Part shown: piece by piece, positions 55,828 through 64,000 of the stretch
How positions within the stretch are numbered: the stretch's first letter is position 1
Layout: the number at the start of each line of letters is the position of its first letter
Assembly (NCBI GenBank): GCA_038134595.1
Contig: JAYPVM010000003.1
Location: 106,131 to 170,130 of the forward strand
Direction: 5' to 3'
DNA length: 64,000 nt
Source: Pseudomonadota bacterium
GTDB lineage: Bacteria > Bdellovibrionota_C > UBA2361 > OMII01
Notes under the pieces: generated by a model
Databases searched by the model: none
The model's input: only the letters and a program-made list of their open reading frames with translations
Told to the model about the DNA's origin: nothing
Made by a program: the position numbers and the translations under genes

Positions 55828-56724
55828 AACCAGTTCACCGTTACGAAGAATCCAACGCTGGCAACCATCTGGAATGGTTAGGTAGGGCTGACCTTTAACC
55901 AAATAGCGTGCGCCCTTGTCATCTAACACCTCAACTCGTGCGGAGCCGTAGGAGCAGCCACTGCCTCGGAATCGGGCAAGGCTTCCAAATCCATTGCCAG
56001 AGCCTCGGTTTGTACCTAACTCGTCATTTACGATTACTGAGGTTCCAAAAGGGCCGGTGTGAATAGCAAGTTTGCCGTCGTTATCTGAAACGGGCTTCCA
56101 GAGAAACTCCTCGAGCTCTCCTGCAACGATTTTATCTGCCTCCTCTTGCAATATGCCGTAGCATTCGCTGACTAGTCTCCCTTGGCATGCATCTGTTCGA
56201 GCTAGCCCATAGCCATTCTCTAGAAGACTTTCTGCGTAGCTTTTTCCGGTTGCGGAGAATAAGTGACCGATGACACCGAGGCCGCCGTCGCTAAGAGAGA
56301 CATCACAGTCGGGTTCGGCTTTGTAGAAGTAAGCATCTCCTTCACTATTGAGCGCTTCAATGGTCTGCTTCGCGCCCGTTAGTTTGAAGTTTTCAGATGG
56401 CACGCCTAAGCCGTGTAGCTTGATCAAAATTTCTCCATCGTCACTTCGTAACGCAACAAGATTAGACCCAATATAGCGAACAGAACCCCTGATCCCGTCT
56501 TTTGGACTGACAGGGTTTTGAAGTTCACTGTTAAAAACCGTGCCGCAGTTTGATCTAAAATCAGAGGAGTTAGTATTTGAATCCGTTCCGTTGCTGTTGC
56601 CAGATGACGGGTTTTTAGTACACCCAGTTATTAGCAAGACAGCTAGGAGGGTAAAACACGCCCGAGAGAGGTAGGCGGAAAAGCTGCGGCTTAAATGCTT
56701 GGTGTAAGATTTCATACGGTTCAT
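55813..56724 (-). CDS. Hypothetical lipoprotein (degenerate SNase-like domain plus C-terminal beta domain)
   Basis: Lipobox ITG-C, Ser/Asn linker, two globular regions; start placed at ATG 56724 (track 56811). Confidence 0.75.
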   Translation of the reverse strand: MNRMKSYTKHLSRSFSAYLSRACFTLLAVLLITGCTKNPSSGNSNGTDSNTNSSDFRSNCGTVFNSELQNPVSPKDGIRGSVRYIGSNLVALRSDDGEILIKLHGLGVPSENFKLTGAKQTIEALNSEGDAYFYKAEPDCDVSLSDGGLGVIGHLFSATGKSYAESLLENGYGLARTDACQGRLVSECYGILQEEADKIVAGELEEFLWKPVSDNDGKLAIHTGPFGTSVIVNDELGTNRGSGNGFGSLARFRGSGCSYGSARVEVLDDKGARYLVKGQPYLTIPDGCQRWILRNGELVRDSK

Positions 56725-57108
56725 ATCTCTTTCGTGTTCCCTAAAGCCCCTCGCCCCAACATGTAATTTGCGCTCTTGATTGTATCTTGCTTTTCTTGTG
56801 GATTGCTTCATGGTTTTTTTTGAACTAGCTGTAGGTAGTTGAATTCGCAGAGATTGTAGGTTGCCTATAAAGATTTGCCTGTATAGTTGGACACCTTCGA
56901 GCCCCTAAACCGCTAGCCGTAAATGAGCAATTGAAGTAAGGTTTCTGTAAACTCTGTCTCTATTCCGTTGTACGAGATACTCTTAGGGGAGTTTTCAGGA
57001 TCGCGTTTTTTCGCAAGGTGCCTTCTACCGGAGTGCCTTGAATTTAGTGTTTCTGAAAGCTCTTTAATGAACTTATTAGCTTGCGTCTTTTTTGTTACAG
57101 GATGGCTT

Positions 57109-58188
57109 GTGCTGTACCACCTCCTTTATGCATTGCATGAAAAAATAACAATGCTCAACGTCATAAAATATCAGACGTTTCGAGCAATGGTTGCGTTTCT
57201 TTTTGCGTTTTCGTTTGTATTGGTTTTGCAGCCTCGGTTTATCTCGTGGTTACGGAATCGCGGCGTAGGGGGGCAACCTATTCGTGAGGATGGGCCATCC
57301 TCTCATGAGGGTAAGCGAGGAACTCCAACGATGGGAGGGCTTGTAGTTGTAGTGGCTGTTGTGTTGGCCACCTTACTTCTGGTGGACCTAACACTTCCTA
57401 AGGTTTGGCTGACATTGGCCGTATTGCTTGGATTTGGGTATCTTGGATACATAGACGATTGGAGAAAGATTGATAAACAAGACTCTCGAGGATTGTCGGA
57501 ACGAGGGAAGTTAATCGCGCAGATTGGCATGGCGGCTTTAAGTGCGGCGCTTCTTTATGCATTCGGTTCATCAACCGAGTTGCGGGTGCCGTTTTTTAAA
57601 GATGTAGTTCTACAATTGGGCGTTCTCGGTTTTATCCTGTTTTCGGCATTCGTTATGACGGCGACCTCTAACGCAGTAAATTTCACCGATGGTCTTGATG
57701 GGTTAGCTATTGGGCCTGTCATGACAGTAGCGGCAACCTATGGGGTGTTTGCGTATTTAGCAGGGAATGCAATCTACGCCGATTATCTCGGTATTTACTA
57801 TGACAAGAGTGCAGGGGAAATAGCGATCATCTTAGCGGCCGTTTTCGCAGCGAGCCTTGGTTTTCTTTGGTATAATACGTTTCCAGCACAAATTTTCATG
57901 GGCGACACTGGCTCTATGGCGCTGGGCGGCGTCTTGGGATTCGTCGCAATTGTTGTGAAGCAGGAGCTTATTTTGGTTGTCGCCGGAGGGGTTTTTGTAG
58001 CAGAAGCCGCCTCGGTTGTTATTCAACGTTATTACTATAAATGTACGAAAAAGAGGTTTTTTCGAATGGCTCCAATTCATCATCATTTCGAGTTGATGGG
58101 AGTTTCGGAACCTAAGATAATCGTTCGTTTCTGGATAGTGTCGGTTGTGCTTGCTATTGTATCCCTGACAACGCTCAAGTTGCGGTAG
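57109..58188 (+). CDS. mraY: Phospho-N-acetylmuramoyl-pentapeptide transferase
   Basis: MLYHLLY start (GTG 57109), K.GTPTMGG, GYIDDW, NAVNFTDGLDGLA, FMGDTGS, MAPIHHHFE. Confidence 0.98.
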   Translation: MLYHLLYALHEKITMLNVIKYQTFRAMVAFLFAFSFVLVLQPRFISWLRNRGVGGQPIREDGPSSHEGKRGTPTMGGLVVVVAVVLATLLLVDLTLPKVWLTLAVLLGFGYLGYIDDWRKIDKQDSRGLSERGKLIAQIGMAALSAALLYAFGSSTELRVPFFKDVVLQLGVLGFILFSAFVMTATSNAVNFTDGLDGLAIGPVMTVAATYGVFAYLAGNAIYADYLGIYYDKSAGEIAIILAAVFAASLGFLWYNTFPAQIFMGDTGSMALGGVLGFVAIVVKQELILVVAGGVFVAEAASVVIQRYYYKCTKKRFFRMAPIHHHFELMGVSEPKIIVRFWIVSVVLAIVSLTTLKLR

Positions 58189-58264
58189 TGGGGTTAAGGA
58201 AAAATCTAGGCGGTAGGTAGGCCTTTTATGGGCTAGGGGACAGGTTGTATTCGGACAGGTTAGC

Positions 58265-59743
58265 TTGTTTAGCCACCTTTGTATTTCGATGGGTGGAACA
58301 TGGCACGGGAGTGATGAATTTGTGGTTTCTTCTTTAGGTGAGGCGATAAGAAAGGGGCAGCGCGTCGTATTTGTTGGCCTCGGAAAACGGGCAGTGTCTG
58401 CCGCAAGGGTTCTCCGTGCTCGTGGTATTGAAGTTTGTATACTTGAGCAGCAATCCGTCGAGCGCACACGTCGTGCATGGCTGGGAGATAGTTTTTTATC
58501 GTCAACCGAGATATCGGAGTTTGGGGTAGTTTTCGATGTTGATGGTGAGAAGGTCGTCCCATACCTGCTTGAAGCCTGTGCTGCTATTTTGAGTCCGGGT
58601 GTTTCGATAGAGTCTTCGGTTCCTGGTATTCTTTCCCGTCTAATGATTCCCACATACTCTCACATCGAACTAGACATGTACCTTAAGAGTCAAGAGTCTG
58701 TATTGATTGTTGGAACTAATGGCAAGACATCCACTGCATCACTAATTGCAACGATGACGAAATACACATCAGGACATGACGGCGTTGGGACGCCGACATC
58801 TGAAAAGGGCACGCTGTCCCAGTATGAAATCGTTACTGCATCGGCTTTAGAACTAGAGGCTTCTCATCATTTAAAACCGCGAGTTGCGGCATGCGTTAAT
58901 GCAGTCCCAGCTTTTTTAGAGCGCTATGGAAGTCAAGATCGTTACATCACAACGCTCCGAAAAGCTTTTGATAATCAGTCCTCAACTGATTTTTGTGTGA
59001 TTAATTGTGATGATCCAAATGCGTTTGAGGTGCTAGCAGGTAAGCCTGGAAATCGTATAGGGATCTCTGAGCACCTTCGTTCAAAGGATTCGAAAAAACT
59101 AGATGGGTGGGTGCGCATTGAGGGCCGGCAACTCTACGCTGATATTTTCGGTGAGGCCCAGAACTTTCAACTTTCAGGTGGCTTCTGGACAGACCGGCAC
59201 AATGTTTACAATGCGGCGATAGCTGTCGGTATTGCAACCGTTCTGGGCGTTTCAAATGAGGTAATTCAGACTGTGCTATTGACCTGTAAGCCAGAGGAAT
59301 ATCGACAAAGCTGGATCGTATCACCTCGTAGTGGGATCCCTGTATGCAATGATGCTAAGTCGACAAACGTGCACGCAACGCGGGCAGCCCTTTCGGCGGC
59401 TCGGTCGCGATATTCTGACCTTCAAGTTGTTTTGATCATGGGAGGAATAGCACAGGATGCTGAATGGTTCTCATTCATCGGAGAATTTTGCGATTCTGTT
59501 TGTCGAGCAGTGTGTTTCGGTGAGGATGCATCGTTGCTAGCCAGGGCTTGTAGCTGTGAAGGAGTTGAAGCGGTAACGGTAGAATCGTTCGCTGAAGCCA
59601 TCAGGCTTGGATACAAGTTAGCAATTGAGGAACCTAAGCGGTTATTAATGTTGTCGCCAGGATGCTTGAGTCTGGATGAATTCAGAAGTTATCGAGAGCG
59701 GGGTAGGATGTTTGATGAGTACCTGCAGAGCCTTGATATTTAA
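58265..59743 (+). CDS. murD: MurD homolog, intact ORF with degenerate catalytic motifs
   Basis: GLG, SPG, IEL, GTNGKT, N.DD, HN..N, ND.K.TN, GG, FGED, LSP.C.S.D.F..Y.ERG; follows mraY; start uncertain (58265-58322). Confidence 0.85.
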   Translation: MFSHLCISMGGTWHGSDEFVVSSLGEAIRKGQRVVFVGLGKRAVSAARVLRARGIEVCILEQQSVERTRRAWLGDSFLSSTEISEFGVVFDVDGEKVVPYLLEACAAILSPGVSIESSVPGILSRLMIPTYSHIELDMYLKSQESVLIVGTNGKTSTASLIATMTKYTSGHDGVGTPTSEKGTLSQYEIVTASALELEASHHLKPRVAACVNAVPAFLERYGSQDRYITTLRKAFDNQSSTDFCVINCDDPNAFEVLAGKPGNRIGISEHLRSKDSKKLDGWVRIEGRQLYADIFGEAQNFQLSGGFWTDRHNVYNAAIAVGIATVLGVSNEVIQTVLLTCKPEEYRQSWIVSPRSGIPVCNDAKSTNVHATRAALSAARSRYSDLQVVLIMGGIAQDAEWFSFIGEFCDSVCRAVCFGEDASLLARACSCEGVEAVTVESFAEAIRLGYKLAIEEPKRLLMLSPGCLSLDEFRSYRERGRMFDEYLQSLDI

Positions 59744-59761
59744 CGGAGCCAATGTATTAGG

Positions 59762-60838
59762 CTATTTTTTCATTGAGCTGCGTATAGCCTGACGAAGAAG
59801 GAAACTTCGCTTGGCTCCGTCTGTTACCTCTATTAAGTTGTCATATAACGTTGGGTCTATTATCAGGGCACCCAGCGAGCCAGAACCGTATGCGAGGGCA
59901 TTAGACGTTGCCTGTAGGTTAGTTGCAACTGCTGCCAGAGAGGAGAGGACTTCATCTATTCGTTGGGCTACTGCGCCAGGTTCTACAGGAGTATAGAGGA
60001 GATCATGGAGAACCCCATGTTGCGTTTCGGCCGTACCTGCTATAGCCGAAAATCCCTTACTGGCTTCCGAGATGTCTTGAAGTGTTCTTAAAATTTGATT
60101 TGCTGTGGTGGTACCAGTTTTGGAGTAAAAGAGGGCGTGTAGAATACCGCTTCCGGTTTGAACCTCTCGGATTAGATTGCTTACGTCGGTACTTGTGGTT
60201 GCGAGAGAGCGGATAAGCTCAGCCCCTTCCTTTTCAGAGTATATGAGCCGGTGAATAAAGCCCTTCTCTGAGCGAACAGCATCTGAGATCCGAGCGATGC
60301 TTTGAGAAGCTGATGCGATGTTCTTGAAAGTGTCTGGCGAAAGCCCGATAAGCGCAGTGTTGATCGTTTCTGTTATTTGAGCAGTATTCTCTACAGCTTG
60401 TTGCGCACGTATCAGAACTTGGTCGAGATCAGCGACCGTTGCGGATTGAATTGTATCTCCTGGAACTAGACGTGTTTGAGAGTTTCCACTGGAAAGCGAG
60501 ATAAATCGGTCCCCAAGCAAGCCTTGTGTGTCAATCGTAGCGACGGAGTCTTCTTTGACTCGGTCCAGATAGGAGTTGTTAATTAGTAGTTTAACGTGAA
60601 CTTCCGAGTCTGCTGAGTTGTGGGAAAAGCCCACTTCGTCGACTCGCCCAATCGCAATTCCACCCAAGCGCACCGGGGCACCAGATGCTAGTCCTTTTAC
60701 ATCGCTAAACTGTGCATAAAAGGAGCTTTGCCGAGCAAATATTTGGTGCTCTTTTCCCATGACAAGAATTAACGAGGCGATGAGCGTTGTGCAGATAACG
60801 ATAAATAAGCCGGCTTTTAATTCATTCCTAACTTTCAT
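59762..60838 (-). CDS. mlaD: MCE/MlaD-family protein with long helical tail
   Basis: N-terminal TM, F.DV.GL..GAPVRLGGI.IG.V, TQGLLGDRFISL; ATG 60838 overlaps the mlaF stop. Confidence 0.9.
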   Translation of the reverse strand: MKVRNELKAGLFIVICTTLIASLILVMGKEHQIFARQSSFYAQFSDVKGLASGAPVRLGGIAIGRVDEVGFSHNSADSEVHVKLLINNSYLDRVKEDSVATIDTQGLLGDRFISLSSGNSQTRLVPGDTIQSATVADLDQVLIRAQQAVENTAQITETINTALIGLSPDTFKNIASASQSIARISDAVRSEKGFIHRLIYSEKEGAELIRSLATTSTDVSNLIREVQTGSGILHALFYSKTGTTTANQILRTLQDISEASKGFSAIAGTAETQHGVLHDLLYTPVEPGAVAQRIDEVLSSLAAVATNLQATSNALAYGSGSLGALIIDPTLYDNLIEVTDGAKRSFLLRQAIRSSMKK

Positions 60839-61590
60839 AGTTCGTCTCTCCATGAGCCTGTTATAAAATCGGAGACTAACACATCCTCTGCTGCTAACGT
60901 CGATGCTTTTCCATCTGCTCGAATTCCCCCGTTACTCAATAGCATCCATCGGTCCGAGATGCGAGAGGCGCTTTGTACGTCGTGGGTGACAACTAGCGAT
61001 GTGATTCGTGATTCTTTCGCAAATCGAACTATTAGCTCGTCAATTTTTCGAGTTGACGTCGGGTCAAGGCCGGTTGTGGGCTCGTCATAAAGCATGATTT
61101 TTGGTTCTGATGCAAGTGCGCGGGCGAGGCCTACCCGTTTCTTTTGGCCTCCAGAGAGCTGACTCGGATACTTACCATCGATACCAGGGAGTCCGACCAT
61201 TGCTAGTTTTTCGTCTACTACACAACGGAGTTGGTCGTAGTTGTTTTCTCCGCGTTCGCGGAGCCCATACGCAATATTCTCAAATACTGTTAATGAGTCA
61301 AAGAGGGCAGCACCTTGGAATAACATCCCCACATCGGCCCGGAGGAGCCTTAAAGCAGGTTCTTGGAGAGACGAAATGTTCTGCCCAAGAACGTTAATCT
61401 CTCCGTGTTGCACGGCAAGTAAACCCATAATAAGTTTTAGTATAATCGTCTTACCGGCGCCGCTCGGTCCAAGTAGAGTCGTGACCTCGCCTTCATGCAA
61501 AGCAAATGTAAGGTTGTTGTGAATTCGATTGCTGCCAAAAGCTGTGCAAACATCCTTAAATTTAATTGTTGTGGCCGGTGTGGTTGTCAT
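60835..61590 (-). CDS. mlaF: MlaF/Mkl-family ABC ATPase
   Basis: GPSGAGKT, GMLFQGAALFDSLTVFENI, LSGGQKKRVGLARA, YDEPTTGLDP. Confidence 0.93.
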   Translation of the reverse strand: MTTTPATTIKFKDVCTAFGSNRIHNNLTFALHEGEVTTLLGPSGAGKTIILKLIMGLLAVQHGEINVLGQNISSLQEPALRLLRADVGMLFQGAALFDSLTVFENIAYGLRERGENNYDQLRCVVDEKLAMVGLPGIDGKYPSQLSGGQKKRVGLARALASEPKIMLYDEPTTGLDPTSTRKIDELIVRFAKESRITSLVVTHDVQSASRISDRWMLLSNGGIRADGKASTLAAEDVLVSDFITGSWRDEL

Positions 61591-62351
61591 GAAAAGTTAA
61601 GGAAAATAAGAAGCTTGGTTATAAAAAAGTTAGCTATAAATACCGCTAGGGATCCTACTACAACTGCCTCAGTGGTTGTTTGACCGACCTCTTCAGTACC
61701 CCCTCTACATGAGAGTCCCTTATAGCATGCTACCGACACAGCAATGAGTCCGAAAGCAAGGCTTTTTATGAGCCCATCGACAACATCTCTTATAACGACT
61801 GCGTACAAATACGAACGGTAGTATTGATGCGCGGTAATACCGAGCTCATTGACGGCAATAACCATTCCCCCTCCGACGCCAACAAGGAGTGCAAGGCCAG
61901 CAAGCATGGGAAGGGATATCATTCCCGCGATAATTCTAGGGGTAACTAATCGTCGAATTGGATCTCCGCCGAGAGCTCTTATTGCATCTACTTGCTCGGT
62001 AACTACCATGGAGGATATCTCGGCAGCAATGCCGGCTCCAACCCGACCGCAAACCATCACAGCGGTCAGCACCGGCCCAAGCTCACGGGCAAGTGCCAGT
62101 CCAACAAGATTACCAACATAGTTTTTTGCCCCAAACCGTTGGAGTCCGTAAGCAGTCTGAATCGCAAGTACCATCCCTGTAAAAACAGCCGTAATTAGTA
62201 CGATTGGGAGAGAGCGAATGCCAATTTCGATTATGTGACGGCATGTGTCACGCAGGTTAATACCATTTTTTTTAATGTCTTTGGTCACGTCAAGCAGCAT
62301 GAAGACGTAACCACCTAGAGACCGAAAAAGCGTATCGAGCCGACTGGCCAT
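61587..62351 (-). CDS. mlaE: MlaE-family ABC permease
   Basis: G..SLPIV, FTGMVLA.Q, RELGPVL, GRVGA..AAE..SM.VTEQ.DA, TT.AVV. Confidence 0.95.
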   Translation of the reverse strand: MASRLDTLFRSLGGYVFMLLDVTKDIKKNGINLRDTCRHIIEIGIRSLPIVLITAVFTGMVLAIQTAYGLQRFGAKNYVGNLVGLALARELGPVLTAVMVCGRVGAGIAAEISSMVVTEQVDAIRALGGDPIRRLVTPRIIAGMISLPMLAGLALLVGVGGGMVIAVNELGITAHQYYRSYLYAVVIRDVVDGLIKSLAFGLIAVSVACYKGLSCRGGTEEVGQTTTEAVVVGSLAVFIANFFITKLLIFLNFS

Positions 62352-62366
62352 AGTTTATCTCTCCGC

Positions 62367-62924
62367 CTAATCTTTATAGGTCAGATTTTGGTATACCGTA
62401 TGTGCAAGCCGCAGGAAGCCTTCTGTATACATATTCTTTTTCTTAAATGCGACCTCAGAGCGTTGCCATGCCACAACATCCTCAATACATGAGTGATTGC
62501 GACGAGTAAACGTAACCATTACAATCGGCTCGGCATCCATTATCCCAGACACAAGTGTAACGAGAGTTTTTTCGACTCCTCGACTCACTGAGCTCTGGTC
62601 GAGAATAGTGGTGTTAACCAGCCCCACAAGCAGTTTTCTTGTTGATGCATTGAGCGAGAGGGGCTCTGGCAGAGAGCAGTCTGAAATGGCAGTGACAAAT
62701 ACTGCCCGATTATCGGAAGCGGTGTCTTTGTCGATGGTGCAGGCATACACCACTGGGTCTCGAGAGGAGAAAGACGCCTCGCGGCATGTTACGTCACTGG
62801 GTTTGTTAAAATGCAGGGATGGGCTACTAGGTGTAGGAGTAGAGCTGCACCCTAGGAGAGTTAAGAGTGCTACGATAAATGAGTGCCTAGCAGTAAAGTC
62901 TAAAATGCGGTAGCTTTGTTTCAT
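62367..62924 (-). CDS. Hypothetical lipoprotein heading the mlaEFD operon
   Basis: Lipobox LLG-C, four further Cys; 15 nt upstream of mlaE. Confidence 0.7.
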   Translation of the reverse strand: MKQSYRILDFTARHSFIVALLTLLGCSSTPTPSSPSLHFNKPSDVTCREASFSSRDPVVYACTIDKDTASDNRAVFVTAISDCSLPEPLSLNASTRKLLVGLVNTTILDQSSVSRGVEKTLVTLVSGIMDAEPIVMVTFTRRNHSCIEDVVAWQRSEVAFKKKNMYTEGFLRLAHTVYQNLTYKD

Positions 62925-63039
62925 GTTATCGGGAGTTTATGTTGTGGTGGTATGGGTGGCAAGCTACTATGTGCAACTCGGCTAAATATCATCGATTTGC
63001 AGAGCGTTGGGGCGTTTTTGATTATAAGTTGCACGGCAT

Positions 63040-63738
63040 ATGATTCGTCTAAAGGGAGTTTCCAAGATATACCCACCCAATCAGCCCGCGCTACGGGGTG
63101 TCGATTTGAATATTTCGGCAGGAGAGTTTGTCTTTGTAGCGGGTGCTAGCGGAGCAGGTAAGAGTACATTTTTAAAGTTGCTTTTTGCCGGTGACACACC
63201 CTCGACCGGAAGGGTGGAGGTTGCGGGAGTCGATGTCGCAGCCCTCGGATTCAAGCAGATTGCTGATTTGCGTAAGGATATTGGAATTGTTTTCCAGGAT
63301 TATAAACTCCTTAACCGGCGTACAGTGTTAGATAACGTAGCATTTAGCCTTGAGGTCTTAGGGGTGCAGAAAGCGAAACGGTGTGAGCTTGCAATGCGTT
63401 TGTTGCACATGATTGGTCTTCAAGACCGGGCAGAGGCGTATCCAGTTACGCTTTCGGGTGGAGAACAGCAACGCGTTGCTATAGCACGGGCGCTCATACG
63501 GAAGCCTAAGGTGCTACTGGCTGATGAGCCGACGGGCAATCTAGACCAGGAGATGAGCCGAAGGATTTTTGACCTGCTGTTAGATGCAAACGCTATGGGG
63601 GTGACAGTAGTTGTTGCAACGCACAACTTAGCGATAATAGAGGACCTGAAGAAAAGAGTTCTCGTATTGGACCGAGGAAGAATTATCGGAGACTATAGTA
63701 GCTCGGGCGTTGATTCAAAGGAGGTGGTTTTAGGATGA
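63040..63738 (+). CDS. ftsE: Cell division ABC ATPase FtsE
   Basis: [49 protein letters not shown]. Confidence 0.95.
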   Translation: MIRLKGVSKIYPPNQPALRGVDLNISAGEFVFVAGASGAGKSTFLKLLFAGDTPSTGRVEVAGVDVAALGFKQIADLRKDIGIVFQDYKLLNRRTVLDNVAFSLEVLGVQKAKRCELAMRLLHMIGLQDRAEAYPVTLSGGEQQRVAIARALIRKPKVLLADEPTGNLDQEMSRRIFDLLLDANAMGVTVVVATHNLAIIEDLKKRVLVLDRGRIIGDYSSSGVDSKEVVLG

Positions 63739-64000
63739 TCGAGGATCGCCAAGAACTTCAAGCCAATCTTGATTCGATTTGGGATGAGAGCTCGAAACTT
63801 ATGGGTATAGCGCCCAGCGCTAGGGTTGCACACATCGCTGCCCAAATGGTTCAGAACGTCCGTCGGTCTGTGGCAACGTTCCTGTTAACCGTACTGACTA
63901 TAGCTATGGCTGTTTCGTTAGTCGGATTTTTTTTACTGTCCTTGCACAACGCTTCATCCCGAGTGACCGATAGTGTGTCGGACTTGTCGGTTGTGGTTTT
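63735..64000 (+). CDS. ftsX: Cell division permease FtsX (5' part, truncated by window edge)
   Basis: ATGA overlap with ftsE stop; MIEDRQ...NVRRSVATFLLTVLTIAMAVSLVGFFLL...N...LSVVV, typical of FtsX TM1. Confidence 0.85.
   Translation, partial: MIEDRQELQANLDSIWDESSKLMGIAPSARVAHIAAQMVQNVRRSVATFLLTVLTIAMAVSLVGFFLLSLHNASSRVTDSVSDLSVVV

Noticed and set aside
58209..58216. Exact GGCGGTAG ops core between mraY and murD
   Set aside because: Lacks the downstream TG, lies mid-operon, and one 8-mer match is expected by chance in 64 kb
57832..58653. 273-aa minus-strand ORF across mraY/murD, and similar long antisense ORFs elsewhere (e.g. 10751..11284, 39940..40449)
   Set aside because: Shadow frames opposite well-supported genes; no motifs or RBS
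1..64000. CRISPR arrays, IS elements, prophage, defence systems, rRNA
   Set aside because: No regularly spaced repeats, transposase/integrase/phage motifs or rRNA-like sequence seen; nearly all long ORFs have housekeeping or envelope assignments

Overview
A 64 kb gene-dense core-genome window from a Gram-negative bacterium. A deltaproteobacterial-grade lineage (Bdellovibrionota/Myxococcota-like) is inferred from the PDZ-bearing GspC, the C+ S4 protein and the MCE system; this was not tested. The + strand looks G/T-rich by eye, consistent with a leading strand. Contents: flavin reductase-like gene and Pnu transporter; TPMT-like methyltransferase; a detached alpha operon (rpmJ-rpsM-rpsK-rpsD-rpoA-rplQ, with rpmJ absent from the ORF track); fabI, lptE, rpsT, dcd; an orphan hybrid histidine kinase; ispH; a GNAT/deacetylase pair; a PfkB kinase; gap-tpiA; tolQRAB-pal-cpoB; ribF-rluD-pgeF; a polyprenyl synthase; tRNA-Glu(UUC); queG; an LpxL-family acyltransferase; a site-2 protease; a TviB/TviC-like sugar pair and a PPTase; a partial type II secretion cluster (gspC-J); bamD; panC; dxs; mraY plus a murD-like gene; mlaEFD; ftsE and partial ftsX. 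I saw no transposase, integrase, prophage, CRISPR array or rRNA. Best novelty candidates: (1) a ~290-nt, densely base-paired, promoter-equipped orphan RNA with a possible pseudoknot, converging on tRNA-Glu (31581-31872); (2) an intact MurD homolog that has lost most catalytic residues, paired with an intact MraY outside the dcw cluster; (3) envelope proteins with unexplained extra domains (secretin with a ~235-aa tail, BamD with an AMIN-like tail, a lipoprotein with a degenerate SNase-like fold); (4) structured leaders before rpmJ and pal. All calls come from motif recognition and manual base-pairing; no database search or folding software was run.
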